This document shows positions 49,541 through 60,004 of a stretch of 64,000 nt of DNA, piece after piece. The position numbers were made by a program, and so were the translations under genes. Position 1 is the first letter of the stretch; every line of letters begins with the position of its first letter. The notes below the pieces were generated by a model that was not told the origin of the DNA, made no database searches, and saw nothing but the letters and a program-made list of their open reading frames with translations. The stretch is from an uncultured Gemmatimonadaceae bacterium (GTDB lineage: Bacteria > Gemmatimonadota > Gemmatimonadetes > Gemmatimonadales > Gemmatimonadaceae), in NCBI GenBank assembly GCA_963761305.1, contig CAVXGK010000001.1, forward strand, positions 1,632,001-1,696,000, written 5' to 3'.

Positions 49541-49568
49541 AAGCTACCACGCGCGCCCCACGCGTCAA
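49541..49568 (-). promoter_or_regulatory. Sigma70-like promoter of metK
   Basis: TTGACG-N16-TAGCTT with extended TG; the predicted start coincides with P1 of the aptamer. Confidence 0.55.
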
Positions 49569-49610
49569 GCCACGGGATGCTGCAGCCGCCGGCAACGGAA
49601 ATGTCTCGAG

Positions 49611-50705
49611 TCAGGGCACTGTGATCAGCCCGACGGCGCCGCCGAGCTCCTCGTCGTGCACGCTCGGCAGGTTCGACGGCGCGACCCATTCGCCGCCGTC
49701 GATGCGAATCGCGAGACGATGCGGACCCGGGGACACGACACGCTCGACGAACCAGCGGTCGTCGCCGCGCCCCAGCGTCACCGCCTCCCATCCGGTGAAG
49801 TCGCCCATCAGTTCGACGCGCTCCGCTTCACGCGATGCGCTGAGCGAGATTCGGGTCATCCCGGCGGCCGTTCGCGTGACGTCGACCCGCAACGCTCCGC
49901 CGGAGCGGCGGCTGAAGGACAGCGTCGCGTGCGGCTGCCACGCGACGCGCAGTCCCAGCGACGCGTACTGTGTGCTCGGCGTTCCGCGCACGACGTCGCT
50001 CAGCGCGTTTCCCGCCGCGAGCACGAGCGCGACCCTCGGCGCCACCCACAGTTCGGCGTCGGCGATCTGCCAGCCGCCGCTCTGCGCGCCGGCACGAAGG
50101 CCCGCGCTAGCGCCGACCGACACGCCGGCGGCCTCGTGGCGCCAACCGGCGCCGACGTCCGTGTAGGTGATGCTTCCGACGCGCGTGAGCAGCGCACTCG
50201 CGAGCAACCGCTCGTTGCCGGCAGACCACCATGCGTCGCCTGATCCACGGCCGAGCGTGAAGTTGACGTTGTCACCTGTGCGCGCGGTCGCACCCGTGCT
50301 TGCGCCGACCGCGACGCCGCCGAGCGCCCCGCCGAGTCGGAGTCGCGCGTTCACTTCGCCGCTGCCGGTGGTCGGCGCGCCCGTTTCCGTGAACCCGCTC
50401 AGCGCACCGCCGATTTCCCACCGCAATGGATTGAAGACCTGGCCCGTGACGCCGCCCAACGCCAACGCCTGTCCCGTCCATGCGCTGTTGGCCTGCAGCG
50501 ACGACAGCGCCGCGGCGTGAAACCAGGTTTGGTCACCGAATCCGTCGATCGTCGCGCCGAATGTTTGGGCGATCGATTCGGGGAGTCCGGTTTGTCGAAG
50601 GTGCGACAGCCCCGCGTCGGCCTTGACCTGCCACTGCGCGCGAGCTGAAGGAGGCGCCGCCAGGGCCGCGATTGTCGCCAGGAGCGCCGTCCGAACTCGC
50701 CGCAT
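49611..50705 (-). CDS. Exported beta-strand-rich protein with C-terminal CBM48/AMPK-beta-like glycogen-binding domain
   Basis: Signal peptide; amphipathic strands; AERVELMGDFTGW...PGPHRLAIRIDGGEW. Confidence 0.8.
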   Translation of the reverse strand: MRRVRTALLATIAALAAPPSARAQWQVKADAGLSHLRQTGLPESIAQTFGATIDGFGDQTWFHAAALSSLQANSAWTGQALALGGVTGQVFNPLRWEIGGALSGFTETGAPTTGSGEVNARLRLGGALGGVAVGASTGATARTGDNVNFTLGRGSGDAWWSAGNERLLASALLTRVGSITYTDVGAGWRHEAAGVSVGASAGLRAGAQSGGWQIADAELWVAPRVALVLAAGNALSDVVRGTPSTQYASLGLRVAWQPHATLSFSRRSGGALRVDVTRTAAGMTRISLSASREAERVELMGDFTGWEAVTLGRGDDRWFVERVVSPGPHRLAIRIDGGEWVAPSNLPSVHDEELGGAVGLITVP

Positions 50706-50713
50706 CCCTCAAA

Positions 50714-50740
50714 GTAGTGTCCGCGCGCGGTCCAGGTTCC
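50714..50740 (-). promoter_or_regulatory. Candidate ECF-sigma promoter
   Basis: GGAACC-N15-CACTAC directly ahead of the GAGGG-ATG of the CBM48 barrel-like gene. Confidence 0.35.
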
Positions 50741-50763
50741 GTAGCCGTTCGTCAGTCCGCGAG

Positions 50764-51423
50764 TTACGGTTTTCTCGGTGCCGAGGGCCCCGGTGCGCTG
50801 GCGGTCAAATCGCCGCTGCTTCCCGCGACGGGTGACAGGAGCGGCGTGAGTCCGTGGAATCGAATGTCGGCCGACTCTCCGCCCTTCGCTCCCTGCTGGA
50901 CGTCCGAGTTCACGTTGTTCCCGAGCGCGACGAGCTGCTCCGGCGTGGCGCCTCGCCGCATCAACTGAGTGACGATTTCGCCGGCTCGCTCGGGCGGCAC
51001 CTGATTCACGACCAACTGCGTGAGCACGCCAATCGGTACGGCGATCGCGCGGCCGGGCGCGGCCTGATGAACGCGGCTCAGCACCGCTTTCGGAATCTTG
51101 AATGAGAGCGCGACCTCGCCCGCCGTGATGTCCGCCGCGAGCGTGTCGGTCGCGATCGCGTCGCGTGCCGCATCCAACCGGTCGGCGACGGCCTGCGCCG
51201 TCTCGACGATGCGCGCCGGCAACGCGTGCACGACGAGCGCGAAGCGAATCTTCGAAACGATCGGGTCGATCGGCAGCCCCCGCGCGCGCGCGGCCCGAAC
51301 GATCTGCGTGAGTGCGGCGCTCGTCTCACGATCGGCGCCGGCGAATGTGAGCGAGTCCTGCGCGCGCACTGTTCGCGCCGCCAGAGCGAGAACGAACGCC
51401 GGGACGACGAGTCGCCCGTTCAC
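50764..51423 (-). CDS. Exported helical hypothetical protein
   Basis: Signal peptide (..VRA-Q), ARARGLPIDPI; GTGA coupling. Confidence 0.75.
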   Translation of the reverse strand: MNGRLVVPAFVLALAARTVRAQDSLTFAGADRETSAALTQIVRAARARGLPIDPIVSKIRFALVVHALPARIVETAQAVADRLDAARDAIATDTLAADITAGEVALSFKIPKAVLSRVHQAAPGRAIAVPIGVLTQLVVNQVPPERAGEIVTQLMRRGATPEQLVALGNNVNSDVQQGAKGGESADIRFHGLTPLLSPVAGSSGDLTASAPGPSAPRKP

Positions 51424-52043
51424 GGCCGCCCCACGATGACGACCGATCCCTCGACGCCCAGGTCTGGATCACGCGCCCGCGCGACACGGGCATCGGGATC
51501 GAGCGCGAAGACCGAGTCGTTCACCATGAATCCATACGTGTGCCGTCCCGGCGCGATCGGAATCGTCACCGACCACAGATCGCCGTCCGACGCGCGAACC
51601 ATCGGCGCGCTCGCCGCGTTCCATCCGTTGAAGTCGCCGACCAGCGACACGCGACGCGCCGACGCGCTCCGAAAAACGAACTGCTGCGGAATCGGCATCA
51701 CGTCCAGCGATCCGTTGACCGCCGGTTGTACCGGTACACTCGATGTCCCGGCACTCGACGCCGCCGTCCCACTCGGCGCCGTGCGCGTGAGCGGCCCGCG
51801 CACGATGAAGCCGACGAGCGCGGCTGCCGCGACGAGGCTGCCGAGCCCCGCGAGTCGCCACCGACGTACGGTCGAGCGTCGACCAGACTCCGCACCCATC
51901 AAAGGCTCGTCCGCTGCGGGCATCACGCGTTGCGCGGCCGCCGCCTCGACGACGCGGCGAATCGCGCCGACGTCCCCCGGCGGCACTTGCCGGAGCGTCT
52001 GCACCGCGCGGCGCAACACGTGGTCGCGTTCGACGTCGCTCAT
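51420..52043 (-). CDS. Putative anti-sigma factor: single TM + CBM48 (isoamylase early-set) domain
   Basis: ATGA overlap with the sigma gene; TM LAGLGSLVAAAALVGFIV; ARRVSLVGDFNGW...GRHTYGFMVN..DP. Confidence 0.8.
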   Translation of the reverse strand: MSDVERDHVLRRAVQTLRQVPPGDVGAIRRVVEAAAAQRVMPAADEPLMGAESGRRSTVRRWRLAGLGSLVAAAALVGFIVRGPLTRTAPSGTAASSAGTSSVPVQPAVNGSLDVMPIPQQFVFRSASARRVSLVGDFNGWNAASAPMVRASDGDLWSVTIPIAPGRHTYGFMVNDSVFALDPDARVARARDPDLGVEGSVVIVGRP

Positions 52044-52606
52044 TGGTGCTCCGGCGCGAGTCGCGCGCGCAGCGCGTCGCAGGCGCGCTTGACTCGCATC
52101 TTGAGCGCCGACTGGCCGACGCCCGTCATCGTCTCGATCTCCTCGTAGGAAAATCCTTCCACGTAGTGCAACAGAAAAATCTCGCGATTGTGCTCCGGCA
52201 ACTCGGCCAGCGCCCGGCGAACCGAGTCGTCCCACTCACGGTCGATCGACGCGCTCGCCGTCTCGGCCGCCGGCACGCGCGCCAGTGCTTCGTCGTCGGA
52301 CACGGCGTGCGACGCGCGCCGCTGCGACGCCGTGTTCGCCGTCCGGCAGCAGTTGCCGAGGATCTGAAAGAGCCACGACTCGAACCGCTGTCGTTCCTCG
52401 TACCGCGGCAGGGCGCGATACAGACGAACGAACGTCTCCTGCACCACGTCCTCCGCTTCGTCCGCGTCGTGCAGCATCGCCCGCGCGAACCGGAGGGAGC
52501 GCGGATAGTACGCCTCCACGATGCGCGTGAATGCGTCGATGTCGCCGAGTTTCGCGCGACTGATCGTCCGCGGATCGAGTCCGGCGGATTCTGCGGGATG
52601 CTGCAG
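52040..52606 (-). CDS. ECF RNA polymerase sigma factor (start uncertain)
   Basis: AEDVVQETF, FESWLFQI, LHYVEGFSYEEI, LKMRVKRA. Region 1.2-like ISRAKLGDIDAF lies upstream of the first GTG (52519). Confidence 0.88.
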   Translation of the reverse strand: MQHPAESAGLDPRTISRAKLGDIDAFTRIVEAYYPRSLRFARAMLHDADEAEDVVQETFVRLYRALPRYEERQRFESWLFQILGNCCRTANTASQRRASHAVSDDEALARVPAAETASASIDREWDDSVRRALAELPEHNREIFLLHYVEGFSYEEIETMTGVGQSALKMRVKRACDALRARLAPEHQ

Positions 52607-52703
52607 CGGGTGGCTCGTCGGGGTTCCCTCGACAAACTGGCATACTGCCCAACCGCCGTCGAGGTGCCGTGGTCACCCGCCCAGGCGCTATTCATTCGGA
52701 GTC

Positions 52704-53495
52704 ATGTTCCGCTCGATGGGCTTGCTCCTGCCGCTCGAGGTGGTCGTCGTCGCGACGCTCGTGGTCGCCGCACTCTGGCGTCGCCGGCACCGCGGAGCCG
52801 CGGCGTCCACCCTCGACGTGCCAGAGCGGATTCACGACGCGCTCGCCGCCGCCGGAATCCCGAACCGAGTCGCCGGACTGCTCGCCACCGAAGCGGCGAT
52901 CTTCTACTACGCGCTCGCGTCGTGGCGACACAGACCCGTCCTTCCGCCGGGGGCAATCGCCTTCACGTATCATCGAAAGAACGCCTACGCGGCGATTCTA
53001 TACGCCGTGTTTGGAATTTCGCTCGTCGAGATGACGGCGGTGGACCTCGTCGTGCGCGCCAACCACGTCACGGCCTCGAACGTGTTGCTCGTCGTCGACG
53101 GGCTCGCCGCGATCTGGATCCTCGGATTTGCGCGGGCGGTGCAGCTGCGTCCGATCCTGCTCACGAGCGACGCTCTGGTGATTCGCAACGGACTGAGTGC
53201 GCTCGTCGTCGTCTCGCGCGCGAGTGCGACGATCGAATTCGGCCGCGTTCGCGCACCCGCTCGCGGCACGCCCGGATATTTCTGCGCCGCCATGGGACAG
53301 CCGAACGCGCTGATCACGCTGGGCGAACCGGCCACCGTGCGAGGCGCGTATCGCCGCGGCCGTGTCGTCGATCGAATCGGCCTCGTGCTCGACAACCCGA
53401 GGGGGTTTGAGGCGGCTTGGAGATCGCGCGGCGCGCACAGCGAGATCGCGCCAGATCTGGACCTCTCGTCCCAGCCGGGGACGCCGACGCGTTGA
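52704..53495 (+). CDS. Hypothetical membrane protein (TM helices plus possible bPH-like domain)
   Basis: Hydrophobic helices, FTYHRK, LVIRNG, IGLVLDNP. Confidence 0.65.
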   Translation: MFRSMGLLLPLEVVVVATLVVAALWRRRHRGAAASTLDVPERIHDALAAAGIPNRVAGLLATEAAIFYYALASWRHRPVLPPGAIAFTYHRKNAYAAILYAVFGISLVEMTAVDLVVRANHVTASNVLLVVDGLAAIWILGFARAVQLRPILLTSDALVIRNGLSALVVVSRASATIEFGRVRAPARGTPGYFCAAMGQPNALITLGEPATVRGAYRRGRVVDRIGLVLDNPRGFEAAWRSRGAHSEIAPDLDLSSQPGTPTR

Positions 53496-53511
53496 CTCCC
53501 GCGCGTTCAAA

Positions 53512-53759
53512 AACCGCAACTGCTCAACGCAGAGGCGCGGAGAACGCAGAGAAAGCGCCGAGCACAAATGCCATCCGTCGCGACGGGCCGGGATGTGTGG
53601 GGGAACCGCCGCTCGGGATGCATCGCGATGCGTGGAACGTTCGCTGGCGCGTCGAAGCATCCCGAGCGGCTGTTCACAAGAACATCCCGGCTCGTTGGGC
53701 GACGGAGCTGCCCTCAGCGGCAGTTCTCTGCGTCCTCTGCGGCTCTGCGGTGAGCAGTT
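53512..53759. repeat. Nested inverted-repeat element, copy 5
   Basis: Same arms; immediately upstream of the sahR promoter. Confidence 0.85.
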
Positions 53760-53773
53760 CAGGTTCCAGCCCC

Positions 53774-53821
53774 TTGTAACCGGGACGAATCGATTGTACC
53801 TTCTATCCGGATACACGGATA
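53774..53821 (+). promoter_or_regulatory. sahR promoter and palindromic operator
   Basis: TTGTAA-N17-TACCTT; TATCCG-GATACA-CGGATA (53804-53821) abuts the ATG. Confidence 0.6.
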
Positions 53822-53822
53822 T

Positions 53823-54764
53823 ATGGCTTCCCGGCTCAATGTTCTCGACCAGCTCTCGATTCTCGCCGACCCTACGCGGAGCCGGGCGCTGTTGCTGCTC
53901 GAGCGTCACGAGCTCACCGTCGGCGAGCTGTGCACCATTCTCCAGCTCCCCCAATCCACCGTAAGCCGCCACCTCAAGCTGCTCAGCGACGACGGCTGGC
54001 TCGTCGCGCGCGGCGAGGGCACCAGCCGGTTCTACCGCATGCTCGGCGACCGACTCGACGAATCGACCAGATCATTGTGGTCGGTCGTGCGCGCGCAGAT
54101 CTCGGCGAGTCCCGGGGCACGGCAGGACATGCGCCGCGCCGACGGCGTGCTCGCCAAGCGTCGCGACAAGGCAATCCTGTTTTTCCGGGATTCGTCGAAC
54201 CTGTGGGACGTGATGCGCACCGAGATGATCGGCGAACGCGCCGACTTGCTCGCTCTGCTCCACCTCCTCGACGACAGCTGGGTCGTCGGCGACCTCGGCT
54301 GCGGCTCGGGCCACATCGCCGAGGCGTTGGCGCCGTGCGTGAAGAAGGTCGTCGCCGTCGACGAGTCGGGTCCGATGCTCGAGGCCGCGCGCAAGCGTCT
54401 CGCATCGCACGACAACGTGGAGCTCCGCGTCGGCACCATCGAGTCGCTGCCGATCGATGATGGCGCGCTCGACGCGGCGATTCTCTTTCTCGTCGCGCAC
54501 TTCGTCACCGACCCGTCGCGAGCGATGGCCGAGGTGCGCCGCGTGCTCCGCCCCGGCGGACGGCTGCTCATCGTGGATCTGATGTCGCACGACCGGGTGG
54601 ACTACGTCGTCCAGCTCGGGCACGTCTGGCAGGGATTCGACGGACCACAGGTGATCTCGTGGCTGGAAGCGGCGGGGTTCGGGGCGTGCCGCTATCAACC
54701 GCTCCCCGCCGCGCCGGAAGCGAAAGGGCCGACGCTGTTCGTGGCCAGCGGCCGCAAGCAATGA
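53823..54764 (+). CDS. sahR: ArsR-family HTH + SAM-binding methyltransferase-fold regulator (SahR-like)
   Basis: LADPTR...ELTVGELC..LPQSTVSRHLKLL; GDLGCGSG; RVLRPGGRL; co-transcribed position with ahcY. Confidence 0.85.
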   Translation: MASRLNVLDQLSILADPTRSRALLLLERHELTVGELCTILQLPQSTVSRHLKLLSDDGWLVARGEGTSRFYRMLGDRLDESTRSLWSVVRAQISASPGARQDMRRADGVLAKRRDKAILFFRDSSNLWDVMRTEMIGERADLLALLHLLDDSWVVGDLGCGSGHIAEALAPCVKKVVAVDESGPMLEAARKRLASHDNVELRVGTIESLPIDDGALDAAILFLVAHFVTDPSRAMAEVRRVLRPGGRLLIVDLMSHDRVDYVVQLGHVWQGFDGPQVISWLEAAGFGACRYQPLPAAPEAKGPTLFVASGRKQ

Positions 54765-54794
54765 CAATGACACATCACTCTCGAGGATTCTGAA

Positions 54795-56279
<1,485 letters not shown>

Positions 56280-56307
56280 GCCGGTCTCTCTATCGGGACG
56301 CGTTTGC

Positions 56308-56556
56308 AACTACTTAACGCAGAGGCGCAGACACGCGGAGAGACAACCGGTTTCCGTCGCGCAACGAGCCGAGTCTTTTTGTGACAGCCGCTCGGGATGC
56401 CTCGAGCCACCGAAAAAAGATTCCATGGTGCGTGAAGCATCCCGAGCGGCTGTTCCCAAAGAATCGCGGCTCGTTGCGCGACGGAAATCAAGCAACTCTG
56501 CGGCAGTTTCTCTGCGTCTCTGCGTCTCTGCGTCTCTGCGTTGAGCAGTTGCAGTT
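56308..56556. repeat. Nested inverted-repeat element, copy 6
   Basis: Contains a perfect 21-bp arm pair TTTCCGTCGCGCAACGAGCCG / CGGCTCGTTGCGCGACGGAAA. Confidence 0.85.
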
Positions 56557-56567
56557 CTGGCCGCGAA

Positions 56568-58610
56568 TCAGCGCGGCGTGAGCTCGATCGTCACGACCTC
56601 GAATGGCGCCAGTGCGACGCGTTGCTCTTCACCGGCCTTGAATGCGCGCGGCACCTCGCGACTCCCCGCGAACGGATTCCGCGCCGCGTACTCCCGCACA
56701 CTGCCTTCGGGCAGTTCCAGCGCCGAACCCGCATCGATCGCCATCACCTGTGGCCTCTCACTCGGATTCCGCAGCGTCACGATGCCTTTCTTCGCCGACC
56801 AGGCCGCCCAGCCGTAGGGTTCCAACCGCAACGGATCCCCGCCGATCCAATGCGTATCGAACAATGTCTCCGCGTTCCCGCGTGACCATTTCGCGTGCTC
56901 GGCGATCGTGTCCCAATTCTCCTTCGTGAGCAGCGCCGGCGTGACGTACATCTCCTGCAACTGCGTTCCGTTTCCGAAGTACGCGTGCACCTCGGATGCG
57001 AAGTCGTTGCCGGGGTCGGTGTTCAGGTTGTGCGCCGACTTCGCGTAGATCAGACCGTGCAGCATCAGTGAGCTGAGCGGGAACAGCGCACCCGCGCGAA
57101 CGACGTGGTCGTACGTGTCCGCGTCGCGATAGGTGATCCAGCGCTGTCGGCTCGAGCCGACGCCGGCGAACGAATGATCTTCGCCGCCACGCCAAATCGA
57201 ATCCGCGTAGCGAAGCCAGAACGGCGACGGGTACGTGCCGGTCGTGAGATTCACGTAGAGATCCGGCTTCTCGGCGCGCAGCTCGCCGATCAAGTGAATC
57301 GCCGCGTCGAAGTCGCTGTCGAACGAACTGCCGGGCGTCGTGCTCGCGGCGTTCCCCGTGCCGTCGAACTTGAATTGATTCACGCCGAAGCGGCGGATCA
57401 TGTCCATGCACGTGTCGCGAAAACGCTGGTAGTACACGGGCCCCGACAACGCGAAGCCGCGCTCGTTCGTCTCGAAGCCCTGCTGCTTTCCGTACGCGAC
57501 GCGGTCGTCGTGCGGTTTGCCGTAGCCGCCCCACGGCGACATCCACACGCCCGGCGCCGCGCCGTATTTGCGCGTCGCGTCGCGCACGTTGGCGAATCCA
57601 TCGGGGAATCCCGAGTTGAACCGCCAGAGCGTCGTCGGGTCGTCCCACCCGTCGTCGAACAGAAACGAATCGAGCGTCACGCCGCGCTTCTCGTGCAGCT
57701 CGGCGCCGAACGCGTTCACCGCGCCGAGCGCATCGGCTTCGCTGAACTTCGAGAAGTACCCGATGTCGTACCACGAGTTGTAGTGAAGGAACGTGCGATA
57801 CGGATGCGCGCGCTCGCGCTCGACGTACGCCAGAAAATCGCGCCGCAGCTGCCCGCTGCGCGTCACACCGGCCACCGAGCTCACCTCGAGTGTGGCGCCG
57901 CGACGGAGCGGCAGCGTGCGCGGCATGCGGCACCGCACGCGATCGCCGTCCACGCCGTTGTTCGCCAGCGGATGCTCGAACGCGTAGTACGCATCGCCGA
58001 CGACGATCGGCGTGCCGCGTACCGTGCCGCTCACCCAGGTGCGCGGCGCGGTGAAATCGAACAGCGAGATCTCGCGCAGCGGCACGTCGCCGGCGAGCGC
58101 TCGCACCGTAAGCTCCTGTCGCACGTAGCCCGATCCGTCGCGCAGCACGCCGCGCCATACGACTTCGAGTCGCTCCTCGGGATCGCGCAACGTCACGACG
58201 ACGCTCCGCCCCGGCACCTGCTCGGCGCGGCGCGACGCCGATGCATTCGCGGCGAGCGGCTCGACCCTCGGGTCGCCGACGATCCGAAACCCGCTCGCCG
58301 CCAGCGTCGTCGCCGCCGGACCCGCGCCAAGCGTGAGCGTGAACAGCTCAGCCGATACCGGCAGGTCGACGCGGTGAACGCGGTCGATGAGTTTCGCGGG
58401 CCGCAGCGAATCCTCCGTCACCGTCCACGTCGCGCTGATCGACGCGTTCTCGAGAACGAAATCGCGCGCCCGGATGGCGGCGGTCGCCTCGAGGCCGGCG
58501 CCTGTCGATCCGGCTGCCGCCATGGGGCCCAGTCGTTCGGTCGCGCGCAGGACGCCGAGGCTCAGCGCGAGGCGCCCGCTGCGGTCGAAGAATTCGCGTC
58601 GTGATACCAT
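56568..58610 (-). CDS. Tat-exported putative glycoside hydrolase (clan-D / GH36-like barrel)
   Basis: SRREFF Tat motif; HYNSW, FLFDDGW, GVWMSP, FKFDG, WRGGED. Confidence 0.7.
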   Translation of the reverse strand: MVSRREFFDRSGRLALSLGVLRATERLGPMAAAGSTGAGLEATAAIRARDFVLENASISATWTVTEDSLRPAKLIDRVHRVDLPVSAELFTLTLGAGPAATTLAASGFRIVGDPRVEPLAANASASRRAEQVPGRSVVVTLRDPEERLEVVWRGVLRDGSGYVRQELTVRALAGDVPLREISLFDFTAPRTWVSGTVRGTPIVVGDAYYAFEHPLANNGVDGDRVRCRMPRTLPLRRGATLEVSSVAGVTRSGQLRRDFLAYVERERAHPYRTFLHYNSWYDIGYFSKFSEADALGAVNAFGAELHEKRGVTLDSFLFDDGWDDPTTLWRFNSGFPDGFANVRDATRKYGAAPGVWMSPWGGYGKPHDDRVAYGKQQGFETNERGFALSGPVYYQRFRDTCMDMIRRFGVNQFKFDGTGNAASTTPGSSFDSDFDAAIHLIGELRAEKPDLYVNLTTGTYPSPFWLRYADSIWRGGEDHSFAGVGSSRQRWITYRDADTYDHVVRAGALFPLSSLMLHGLIYAKSAHNLNTDPGNDFASEVHAYFGNGTQLQEMYVTPALLTKENWDTIAEHAKWSRGNAETLFDTHWIGGDPLRLEPYGWAAWSAKKGIVTLRNPSERPQVMAIDAGSALELPEGSVREYAARNPFAGSREVPRAFKAGEEQRVALAPFEVVTIELTPR

Positions 58611-58631
58611 GCTGATAAGGTGCTCGGTCCC

Positions 58632-58655
58632 GGTCTACCGGTCTACCGGTCCACC
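58632..58655. repeat. Octamer tandem repeat GGTCYACC x3
   Basis: GGTCTACC GGTCTACC GGTCCACC, abutting the kinase stop. Confidence 0.6.
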
Positions 58656-60004
58656 TAGAGTTTCGTCGCCGGCGGCCCGGCGTTCGTCGCGAAGACTTTG
58701 GCATGCATCGCGACCGCTGGAAACCGCGCGACGTAGCGTTCAGCCCACGACGCGCGAAACTCCACGACGCCTTCCGACGGCACGAGCGCCCACACGGCGC
58801 CGCCGAACCCGGCCCCGAATGCCGACGCCGCGGCCGCGCCGCGCTCACGCGCGTCACGCACCAACCAGATCGTCTCGTCGATCTGATTGTGCAGCCAATT
58901 CTCGGCGCCCGACTGCGAGCGCTCGACGAGCGCGCCGAGCTGGCGCAGATCGCCGCGCAGCAGCGCGTCGCCCGCTCGCGGAATCAGCTCCGTGCTCTCG
59001 ACGACGAACTGCGTCAGCCGATCGTGCAGGTCGCCTCGGTCGGCGTGCAGCATCGCGAGCATCCGCGCGGCCGCGTCGGGCGCCGACGCGAGCGCGTCGC
59101 CAAGCGTGGCGTCGTCGCGGCCGGTGATGTCGTACCAGTGCGCCGCCAATTCCTGCGTCGCCAGCGACAGCCGATTGTAGTGATCGCGCACCGCGCCGAT
59201 CTTCTCGGCCGTCACGCCGCTGTACGCGATCACCAACTCGTGGTCCGCCGGCAGTGGGACCGCGCGCTCGAAGCGCACGGGACAGAACGAGTATTGCACC
59301 AGCGCCCCGGGAAGCGCGCAGAGTATGGCCGTGTGATCTTCGCTCCCGCCGAACGTCCCGACGCCGACGTCGCCGGCGAAGGCGCCATAACCGTATCCGT
59401 TCTCCACCGCGCCGAGGTAGCCGGCGATCTGCTCCAGGCTCGGCAACTCGCGACGAAATTCCGCGCGCTCGCGGAGCGCGTTCACGTCGGCGAGCGCGAG
59501 AAACGTCGCGACGACGAGCGCGCTCGAGCTGCTCATCCCCGACGCGATCGGCAGATCGCTGGCGAACGCGATGTCCGCGCCGACGAGCGAGTCTCGCGCG
59601 CCGAAATCGCGCGCCATCCGCCGTGCGACGGTGAGCGGATACGTCGACCAATGACCCGGCGGCGCCGTCACCCTCGGATCGAGCTCACTGTCGACCACGT
59701 GCTCGAGACACGCGTCGACGATCCGCAGTCGACGGTCGGTGCGCGGCACGGCGACGATGCAGATCCCACGTTCCACGGCGCAGAGCAAACTGCGTCCGCC
59801 CGCGTAGTCGGTGTGCTTGCCGAGGAATTCGACGCGGCCCGGTACCCAGAATGCGCGGACGTCCCTCGTCCGGCGCGATGGGCGTCCCTCGCTCGCGCCG
59901 AGCGAGTCGAGCGCGGCGCGTGCCATCGCGAACAGCTCCGACTTCTCCTGCGCCGCGCCGGCGCTCAGACCGATCTCGCGGAGCCTGGCCAGATCCGATG
60001 TCAC
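58655..60004 (-). CDS. Galactokinase-family (GHMP) sugar kinase
   Basis: PGRVEFLGKHTDYAGG, PIASGMSSSSA, FGAGFGG; GTGA coupling. Confidence 0.85.
   Translation of the reverse strand: MTSDLARLREIGLSAGAAQEKSELFAMARAALDSLGASEGRPSRRTRDVRAFWVPGRVEFLGKHTDYAGGRSLLCAVERGICIVAVPRTDRRLRIVDACLEHVVDSELDPRVTAPPGHWSTYPLTVARRMARDFGARDSLVGADIAFASDLPIASGMSSSSALVVATFLALADVNALRERAEFRRELPSLEQIAGYLGAVENGYGYGAFAGDVGVGTFGGSEDHTAILCALPGALVQYSFCPVRFERAVPLPADHELVIAYSGVTAEKIGAVRDHYNRLSLATQELAAHWYDITGRDDATLGDALASAPDAAARMLAMLHADRGDLHDRLTQFVVESTELIPRAGDALLRGDLRQLGALVERSQSGAENWLHNQIDETIWLVRDARERGAAAASAFGAGFGGAVWALVPSEGVVEFRASWAERYVARFPAVAMHAKVFATNAGPPATKL

Noticed and set aside
54765..54794. SAH riboswitch before ahcY
   Set aside because: Only 30 nt of intergenic space and no consensus sequence.
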